A stretch of 64,000 nucleotides of DNA from Eledone cirrhosa (taxonomy: Eukaryota), in assembly GCA_964016885.1 (NCBI GenBank), contig OZ024741.1, positions 328,414,001 to 328,478,000 on the forward strand, given 5' to 3'. The notes below the pieces were generated by a model. That model was given only the letters and a program-made list of their open reading frames with translations. It was not told where the DNA came from and ran no database searches. A program made the translations under genes and the position numbers. This document shows positions 54,560-64,000 of this stretch, piece by piece (within the stretch, counting starts at the first letter, position 1; every line of letters starts with the position of its first letter).

Positions 54560-56440
54560 CTCAATCCTAAAGTGTTCTTTTCATTTACAAAAAAAAAATC
54601 AATTCACTGGCTCTCCACTCTTGGCCCTCTAATTGATGAAAATGGCACTCTCCAAGATATGTTAAATGGGTGAGATACTGCAGAAACAACACTGCTTTGT
54701 TTTCAGCAATCCTGATATAGCCGGTCTGGGCTGTATCAGTGATGTTAATCCCCAACACAAAATATCGGACATAACGTTTCGCTCCCCTGATATCTTACCG
54801 GCAATGAAAGAAACTAAACATAATTCAGCAGTAGGACTCGATAAGTTCCCTGCTTGTGTTCTGAAGGGGTGTGTCGACACCAACTTGCATCTCATCTTGC
54901 TAATCTGTGGAAGAACTCACTAGATGCTGGATATATACCAGAACACTTACTATCCCAGTCTGTTGTCCCAACTTTCAAAAAGGGAAACAAATCCCTTGCA
55001 GTTAATTACCGTTCGATCTCACTCACCTCTCATATCATTAAGGTATTTGAGGGGGGGGGGTAAGATAACGAATAACTCACTTTCTTGAAAGCAACAATCT
55101 TCTGGACTCCAACCAACATGGGTTTCGTAACGGAAGGGATTGCCTAACGCAGCTAATGCTTCAATTGGATGACATCTTGAGAGCTTTAGGAGCGGGCTCC
55201 AACACTGATGTCATCTACCTTGATTTCAGCAAGGCCTTCGACAGGGTTGATCACAACATTCTACTAAGACAATTGGTGTCACCGGGATGTTGCTGCAGTG
55301 GATCAAGTGTTTCCTGTCAAACAGAGCCCAACATGTTGTAGTCGAAGGTGTAAAATCAAGCCCAGCCAAAGTCAGTAGTGGAGTCCCACAAAGCACTGTG
55401 TTGAGCCCACTTCTTTTCATTATCTATATTAATAATATTACTGACACTATCAAACACACCAGCATAAGAATATTCGCAGATGACTCCAACATCTAGAAGG
55501 TCATCAATGGTGTAGGTGACAGGATATGCTTCCAATCAGATTTACTGGCTGTTATTCAATCAGCGGAAAAGAACAATATGCTGCTGAATGAGGATAAATT
55601 GTAGTTAAGCCACTTTCGAAAAGACGATGCCCTGAAACTCCCAAACTCTCTTTCTTCAGGTAAAACTCTCTTGGCATCCAACAACATCAGAGACTTCGGA
55701 GTAATTGTGGACAACAACATAAGCTGGGCCACTCATATGAACGGCAAAGTTGATATGGCCAGCAGAATGTGTTCCTGGATTCTCAGAACCTTCCAGTCGA
55801 GATATATCCACATTATTATCCTTCTCTTCTCCACCTTTGCCCGACTCCACCTTGAATAATGTTGTCCACTGTAGTCCCCCCCACACGAAATAAAGTAACA
55901 TGAAAATTGAAGCTCCTCGAAGGTCAATCACGAAAAAGATAGATGTCATGTCAGGCCTTGACTATAGGGTCAACTAGAAAAAGTTAAACTTTACTCACTC
56001 CAGCCCCGCCGTGAGCGCTATATTATCTGTATGATGCGGAAACTATTCCATCAGCATTTCCCAAATAATGTTGGCATCACCTTTAAATTACAACCAAGGC
56101 TTGAGCCCCGTGCTGTCCGCCCACAACAAAAACCACACTCGCATCTCATAATAATACGGCACAGATATTTCACCTCAATTGGCCCCTCTCTCTTTAACAT
56201 TACATGAAAACACATTAAAACAGAAACACACCTCATATAGTTCGAGAAGTCTTTGGACAAATTCCTTCAAAAAATCCCGCACAAACTTCCTACACCTGGA
56301 TATGTATCCGCAAAAACTAACTCCCTTCTTGAATGGGCCATGGTTTCCAAATCCTGATTTGAAAGACATCGCCAGAGGGTTCTATTAAGTTAGACATGGC
56401 CTCTGCCAATACTGGCCAAAACCTATCAAATTTATCAAAG
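54560..56440 (+). pseudogene. CR1-type LINE reverse transcriptase, 5'-truncated, many stops/frameshifts
   Basis: NYRSISLTSHIIKVFE, QHGF, DVIYLDFSKAFDRVDH, SGVPQSTVLSPLLFIIYIN, IRIFADD and RDFGVIVD. Confidence 0.88.
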
Positions 56441-56476
56441 TTATATATGTATATGTGTGTGTATATAATATATGTA

Positions 56477-56533
<57 letters not shown>

Positions 56534-56560
56534 TGTAATAAACAACATAAGATAATTATT

Positions 56561-56616
56561 TCATTTACCGGTGGTTTCTTGAGAGCAAATGAAATTTGCT
56601 TCATTCATCAGAATGA
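56561..56616 (-). ncRNA. Type I hammerhead, canonical (within repeat ~56534-56690)
   Basis: tcatt-CTGATGA-atga agcaaat ttc atttgct ctcaa-GAAA-ccaccgg-TA-aatga. Confidence 0.75.
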
Positions 56617-56822
56617 AAAAATCCTGGTGTATTTATTGACCGGATTTTAAAAACAAAAATATAATCTATATGAAAGTGAGGCTGGAAAAGGAAGAAGGAG
56701 GGGAAAAGAAGAGAGAAAAAAGAAGAGGAAAAAGAATAAATATAAAAGTAGATAAACAGACATGCACACACAACCTACATAGAGCACTCTTTTTTCCTGG
56801 ATGCTTCCGACGGAATTACTTC

Positions 56823-56867
<45 letters not shown>

Positions 56868-56954
56868 ACGAAGGAAATGTGGTAAGGAACCAGGTGGACC
56901 ATAACGCACAAAAGTACTCAATACTTAGGGTAGTAGAGTGGGTAATAGGAACGA

Positions 56955-59490
56955 GTAGGACCCCGACGGCTGAGCTCAAGCCGTTTCGACGTCTAATTCT
57001 GGACTAAATGGAAATGTTTATCCTGGTATATGAATAGCCGAGCTTCTCAGGGGGTAATTCCATATATGGTAAAAGTGATTGTCACAAGGATTGGTCAAAA
57101 GTTTGTTGTTGAGACATAATAATTCTATCATGGCAATTTGTGGAGAGAAGGAGCAGCTCAACCTGCCAGTAGAAGAAAGAGGGAGAGGGGTGGAGGAAAC
57201 CCAGTCGTGCGTTGATAGTGCCAACTACAGCTGGGCAGGAGGTCAAAGAAGATACTAGGGAGGGGGGGGGGAAGTCGAAACAATAAGTAAAACAATATGG
57301 GGTAAATATATAGAAAAATAACGAGAGTGTTAAAAAACAATTAAATCTAAAAAAAAAAAAACAATTTCTGGTTACTATAACCTAAGGACAGCTATCAAGT
57401 CTCTCACTGGTACTGTTAGACTAAAGAAAGGTTTACTAGGTGGGACAGAATTATAATGAGACCCTTTTAAGAGGTATAAGTAAACAACCGAGTATATCTT
57501 ACGGTGACGGGTCAACAAGTGGGGGGCCAAAATACTAAAGAAACTACCACGAAATAATAATTCAGAGTCCCGAGACCAGTACGAAATAAAGGTTTCTACC
57601 CCGCGCACAAGGCCAGCAACCACCCAGTGCAAAAAAAAAAAACTAATACGAAATAATAATCCAGAATCCCGAAAAAGAATACTAATACTATCTCTAAGGG
57701 TGCCGCCACGATACAAAAATTCTGGTGCAAACTACATAAATGCCCGTACGAAGTATATGTTAAATTTGATACGGAAAATTAATTCAGAATTCCCCCCCCC
57801 CCTCCCTCCCCCGAAAAAAATAAATAAATACTGATATACGAGAAATTAAAGCAAAGATACCACTAAGAAATATAGAAAGCACGGAAAAGGGGCAGCCATC
57901 GGATAAGAAGGCAAGTATCCGGGGTCTAACACATCTGCTATAAAAAGCGGAGTCGGCCATATCTATCATAGGATGGGGGAAGGGGGTGGGTCACTGAGGC
58001 AACAAAGGACCGAGGGGCTGCATCGGGTGGGCGAGAAAGTAAAAGGACGACGACAAGGAAAGAGGACTGGGGTGGAAGGACTAAGGAGGGATGGGGGAAG
58101 AAGGAAATATAGAGGAAGCGATAAAAGATATAAAAGAAGATCTTACGTCTACCTTTGCAAGCAGGGGTTACCCATTACAAAATCGGCAAGTGGGGTCTTA
58201 TAGCCCTAGTCTACCCCCTCCACCCCCGCTCATTATGGGGTTTGAGGGCGAGGTAAGTCCTACGCAATCTGTGTTTACATGCAGTTACCAGTTCATCTTT
58301 CTTGTTTAGGAGTTGGTCCGTCTAAAACAACATTTGTAAAGTTTCCTCCGAGCATAAATTGCACGGACGGTGTCCTCCCGTGTAAGAGTTGGCTCTGGAC
58401 AGAAAGCTCCAAGTGAGATCATAGGTAATATTGTGATCCTTGAGGTCCCATATGTGGCCCGAAAGTGTAGTGGCGTGACGCTGGGCCGGATTTCGGAAAG
58501 TATGTCTGTGTTGGTATAGCCGGGTCTTGAAGTCACATGCGGTTAATCCTATATAAGCTTTGTCCGTCCTCACGTTGCACTGGTAGATCACACTACGATC
58601 TCTGCATCTGTTGTCGAAGGGGCAAATGGATCCATCTGGACAGTTGCACCTCCTGGTCGGCTCTCCAGTGCTATTTAGGTTATTTCTTCCATAGGGGTTG
58701 AGATTTTATTGTTAGAGGAGACGATGTTTTGTGCAAAGTTTGGTGTGGTGCTGTAGGAGAGTTTGGTGGTATTTTTGTTAATTATGTTGTGGTAGCGGTG
58801 TTGTAGTGGGAAGTGTTTTTCAATGAGCCTAAAGAAGATTTTCCCGATAGGAGTTGTCACCTCGGCGTTGTGGAGAGGATTGAACCATGTTACATTGCGT
58901 GAGCGGCGGTGTCGCCTGCTGCTTCCGCTAATGGAAGCTGGACAGTAGGATATTTCCCCCCGGAAACCACTCCGCTTGATGGCCTGGTTGTAATAAGGCG
59001 CATGTTCCTAGAATATCTGCTCATTAGCTGACAAACGAGATATGCGGAGGGAGATGTTTTCAACCAGATTATTGGTGATGTTCCTAGGATGGTTTGACCG
59101 GCGGTGGATGTAGTGCAGGTTGTCGTTAGGTTTCCTGTATGGGTAGTACAGATCATTATCGAGGTCAAGGGTAACGTCCAGGAAGTTTACTCGGGTCAGG
59201 GACGTTTGAAGGGTTATTTTAAATCCCCAGTCGCGGAAGAAGCTGATTAATTGTTTACGGACCCGATCTGTACTACTGGGGTTGTACCCTTTAAGGGTAA
59301 GGAGCCCATCATCACGGTACAATTCACCGCTGAATGCAGGAAACATATCGGTGAGTTTGGCTATTAGGAATAATCCTATAAGATCTGTGACCTCAGCCGA
59401 ATCCGTCGCGCCCATGCTGACGTCGAAGGGTGAGTCGGGAGCTCTATTTATCCATTTGGAGTTGTCGAAGAGTAAGACTCTCTTCCTGGC
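56955..59490 (-). mobile_element. Penelope-like element, 5'-truncated (RT, CxC-GIY-YIG, ~1.3-kb 3' region with terminal HHR)
   Basis: FDVSMGATDSAEVTDLIGLFL, LYRDDGLL, NFLDVTL, CNCPDGSICPF...IYQC..YIGLT..FKTR..H and CNLCSEE. Confidence 0.9.
56960..57055 (-). ncRNA. Type I hammerhead at PLE 3' end, mismatched core (C3/A8)
   Basis: acccc-CTGAGAA-gctcggcta...ttagacgtc-GAAA-cggct tgagctc agccg-TC-ggggt. Confidence 0.6.
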
Positions 59491-59559
59491 GTGTGTGTGT
59501 GTGTGTGTGTGTGTGTACACACACACATACATACAAACATATATATATATATACATACA

Positions 59560-59619
<60 letters not shown>

Positions 59620-60349
59620 CATAGATATATGTATTTAAGTGTAAATTTGACCTGTCCAACCACTTTTCTTTCCTTTCTTTTCTCTTTGAGAGGCTGCGTA
59701 ATTTCATAGCACGGTCACAACAGAAAACAAAATCTTGGGATCGTCTTACTAATCTATTTATATTCCACTAATAAACTTAATCAAAGGGAAAGAACGTTTT
59801 ATCCCAATATGTTTACCAGTCTAGAAGTAAATATATATAGATAGAACAAAGATTTATGTTATCTATTTTCTTCTTTGTTTCAAACAAAAACTGACCGAAA
59901 AGGCTGTAATTATAATCATTTATATTTCCCTGTTCTTAAAATTAATCTCTCACGCCTTATGGTTCGAAAACAAACTGAAGAGGGCCAGAGAAGTGCGAAC
60001 GCCTCTGGCGTATATTATGGTTTTTGTGAGTTTCCTTTTAATAACGTCATTACTAAAAACATAAAATAGATTAGAAGACATTCCTATATTTTTCTGTTAT
60101 TAGATTATGATTGCAACGGAATAACTAGATCTGAAAGAAGTTCTCTCAATATAAGTATGTTTTCTTCGCCTTAAAAGGTATAAACAAACGAAATTATGGC
60201 TGTTAACTAAAACTAGGAGAAAATGGCTTGGACGAAAGAATCATAAACACACACACATACATATGTGTATGTGTGTGTGTGTATATGCGTGTGCATTATT
60301 TATATACATATATGTATGTATATATACATGTATACATATATGTATGAAA

Positions 60350-63300
60350 TATAAGAATCAAAGAACTGTTCAAAACATGTTTGTGCTTACAACTGTTTCC
60401 TCCAAACCGAGGTTTGGATTCTTGGGAGCAATTTATTAATGAATGAACACTTATATGACCTCCTTTTCACCCAAGGGACATACAGATACATATGCAAATA
60501 TTGTGGGTCAACATTCATTATAGCATTTAGAGTGGCAGTACACACTTAGAGATTACATTCATATTAAAAGATACAATAAAAAAAACATGAAAATAAGCGG
60601 TTATATAGTGCAAATGTTATATGTGTGGCAAGCACGTGCGTCTTGTTTATATAGTGTGGCAGAGAGTTACGTGTAGTAGAAGCACTTAGGTAGGTAAACA
60701 AGAGTGTTAGGTTGGTTGATCTGGTGGCAAATTCTTTATATGATTGTTATAGTCTGTGTGTGGAGAAATGATATAAGCATTAAAAATAGTGCAAGCATTA
60801 AAAATATTTAAAATATTGGAAATGCACAGCGAAGGGATGTTATGGACTTCATGTACTTTGACATTTTCATAGTCAGGGAAGTGTATTTTTCAGATTATAT
60901 GCCCCTCACATAATCCACGACAATTCGATTTTGAGCGTTTGACAATCCAGTTAGAGAATCGTAGTCTGATGTTCTTTAGTTCAATACAGGAGGATGTTAC
61001 GTTTCGAGAATTGACATTGAATACTACCCGGAAGTGTGTGTGTGGCTAAGGGGAGTTAATGCATGAGGGGAGGTAACTCCGAGGTTTCTATTACTAACTA
61101 TTGAAATATGTCTCAAAATAGACCCTAATTTCTATGGTTATGCGTAACTTCTAAAACATTTCTAAAGCATAAAGTGTTTTAACTATAGAGTAGTCTATTA
61201 AGTTGTGCTGAAGGTGTTCGTATTATTATGGTGAATTAACCCCCATCGTAGAGTGCCACAAATGAATATTATAGACGACGAGCGAGGATTCTAAATTAAT
61301 GATCTCTGTGGTTGTAGTCTACTCATAGGACCAGGCGCGGTGATTGCAGAATCACTTCAACACACAATGATCTCTGGTAAGTTCTGGGTCATCGCTTGCT
61401 ACATTGGATGTCGAAAGATAATCATCACCAGGGCCGACCAGAGGTCAATCCGCAGTCCTCATGACCCCACTCTGACCATCAAATCATCCATATATGTACA
61501 ACCCGCACGCCAGTTGCAATACATTCATTCTCTGCACTCAGCGTACCGGTCATACTGCTCAACAGCGTTACTAGATTAAATCGTTGTTCATCTGTCCAAG
61601 GAAGGCACTTCCTCCGCACAACACTAACAAGCCAATCAATTCATGCTTAAATTATCTATAGAGTGGTGTAGTGCAGTTCAAGTGGGTGGATGTTGTCACA
61701 CCTAACGTAGAGGTATAAATGGGTATTCGCCTTGCGAAGGGTTCTAGAGGGATGTCGCTGTTTGTGTTATATTAGATCAGTTAGTGTTGGGTATGTGGTA
61801 TAAGGTGTGCCCCTGGTGTTTGATGCTAGGGGTGGTGTTTGGTTCAAGTCCGACATTGCTATATATTGGGCTTAAAGTTTTGGAAGGAATGTCTGAAGCG
61901 GTGCTGGCAAGTTGCAAACACTTCAGATTTTTTGTTAAGTAGGTTACGGTTAGAGAAGATAATATTGTAGGTCTCTAGTATACAGAGGTTACAAAATTTA
62001 TTAGGTGGTTTGTACAAAGTCGCGCTACCTATCACTTCCCATTTGAGTGTGTAAGGTTTATTTTTAGTTTTTAGATAGTGTATGTAGCTAGATAGTGAGG
62101 TGGAGTTGGCTAGACTGTGCTTTTTGAACGAGTGGAGGTGCGAATTATATCTGATTTTGAAGCAGTTAGAAGTGGAGCCTACATACGTTTCTGAAGAGTT
62201 TCTAGTTGTGACGGTGCATGAGTATATGATATCCTTGGTTAGGCATTTTTTATCTAAAGGGCAGGTTCTATTAGCTCTACAGTTACGATTATCCTGTGTG
62301 TTAGTCTGCTGGTTATAATGCAGTGCAGAAGTCTGGGTGGTAGCTATAGGATTTTGGACATTCGGGTTGTCAACCCCGGTGTTATTTCTTATACTAGTGT
62401 TATTTCTATTGTTACTGCCGTTACTATGGTTGCTTGCTACAGAGGTATTTAGAAGGTTTACATCCTGTTGTGATTTCGTTTGTTGGAAGTAAGAATTAAT
62501 TTTACTTTTATTGCTGCTAGCTATGTGGTATGCTAAGTTAGGCGTCGTAGAGTATGAGATTTTAATAGTGTTTTTGTTTAAAAGGTTGTGGTACTTGTGT
62601 CCTAGAGGGAAGTTTTTATCTAGTAGTGAGAAGAAAGCCCTAGGTATGTTGGTGGAGACATTTAGGTTGAAAGGAGGGTTGACAAATGTATTATTTCTTC
62701 TTCTATTTTTGTTTTTAGTGTTTGGTGTGTTGTTTCTTCCTAAGGCACTACGGTAGTTTCCGTGGTAATGGTTACTTCCGGTGGCACCCTCCGCTTTGGT
62801 GTACTTGTGGTTGCTATTCCTATTATTAGGTTTCTTCATGGACATGTTGTGCGAGATGATGTTGTAGCTATGTGTTTTCTTAGGTAGGAATTCGATTTCT
62901 ATATTATGGCCGGATCTAGCTAATGCTTGATTGTAATATTGTGAGTTTTTGCTAAATATGTTTGCGTCATAGGATAGATTAGAGATTCTATTGGATACCC
63001 CCTTAGAGATAGAGTTTAATATTGATCTAGGGTGATTAGACTTGGTATCTACGTAAATGAGTTTTTCGTTAGGCTGATGGAAAGGTGTATATATTTTTGA
63101 GTCTGGGTATAGTGTGGCGTCTAGGAAGTTAACATTTTTAGTGTTTTTGTCTATGGTGATACTAAGGTTAAAGTTTATGAATGTCTTGTGCAATAGTTTT
63201 CTAGTTCTTTCTATATTAAATTTTTTTATATTCTATAAGTAGAAGTGCATCATCGCGGTACAAACCACCGTTGAGGTAAGGGAGGTCCTTATGGATTTCA

Positions 63301-64000
63301 TTAAGAAGGTATAGGCCGACCAAATCAGTGACCTGCGCCGAGTAACTAGATCCATGGTTATGTCGAAGTTGTTGTGCGTATCCTTGCGTGTCCATAGTTA
63401 GTCCTCGAAGGTGATTATGGTTTTACAGGCCGCAAGGATGACATCAATCTAGGCTCTAGTCAGGTCGCTATTGTTCATGGCCATGATTAGTGCCTTGTTT
63501 AATAGGATAGGGGAAATAGAGGTGTAGTATGATTTGATATCAAATTGAATAAATTGTTTGTCCTTATTATTCTTGATATCTTTGAACCATTCAATCACTT
63601 CACCCGTATTTCCCCATTGTTTAAGGTGTATCTTGTGTTTAATCTGTGGAATGATTTTATCTAAAATTTTCTTGCTGATAATACCAATGTCGGACTTGGA
63701 AGGGCAGATAAGTCTTATCGAGGGGTTGCTGATGAAGTCCTCCTTATGCTCCTTCAGAGAGAATCTAGGGGGGGTTTGGGGTGAATGGTTGTGTATGCCT
63801 CTGAAGTCCTAGTTTAGACACTATATTATATCCCTCTATATTAATGTCTTCTAAGTTTTTCAAGGTGGTCTCCTTGTAGCTTTTATGTAGTTCATTATAT
63901 ATAAACTTTCTATAAGTATTATAATCTAGGCTGTATATGTTATTAATTTTATCTGCTTGTACAATAATTTTATTACTAGTTTTGAATCCATTAATAGAGG
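60350..64000 (-). mobile_element. Penelope-like element continuing past the window end; same family as 7420-10888
   Basis: RT motifs in 63200-64000 are interrupted by stops/frameshift; the thumb-endonuclease frame is open; 3' motif ggggagttaatgc..aggggaggtaact is shared (61048 vs 8027); decayed HHR at 60384-60430. Confidence 0.92.
61859..63193 (-). pseudogene. Open 444-aa C-terminal part of the PLE ORF (RT thumb + GIY-YIG endonuclease)
   Basis: NFLDATL, FVNPPFN, NCRANRTCPLDKKC, IIYSC...YVGST..FKIRY..H, CNLCILE and LN..SE...CQH. Confidence 0.88.

Overview
AT-rich eukaryotic DNA almost entirely made of repeats. It looks like octopod cephalopod sequence, inferred from the tRNA-derived SINE family and the dense (TA)n/(CA)n/(GATA)n microsatellites. 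I see no host protein-coding exon, and most ORFs in the track are microsatellite artefacts. Recognisable coding content is decayed retroelements: five Penelope-like elements (PLEs; RT plus C-terminal GIY-YIG where retained), one further PLE endonuclease fragment of another type, three head-to-tail Tx1/L1-type LINEs embedded in (GATA)n, a CR1-type LINE and three RTE 3' ends. The main non-coding signal is more than 20 type I hammerhead ribozyme (HHR) motifs read by eye. They sit either at PLE 3' ends or in small non-coding units (~230, ~320, ~438, 464 and ~593 bp) inserted in (TA)n as tandem, circularly permuted and fold-back copies, which is the architecture of retrozymes (ribozyme-bearing circular-RNA retroelements). 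Four apparently unrelated families replace the canonical C3-G8 core (CUGANGA) with a compensatory U3-A8 core (UUGAWAA). A separate ~525-bp tandem family shows covarying hairpins next to an orphan CUGANGA. All structures were folded by eye, none computationally, and ribozyme activity and expression are untested.
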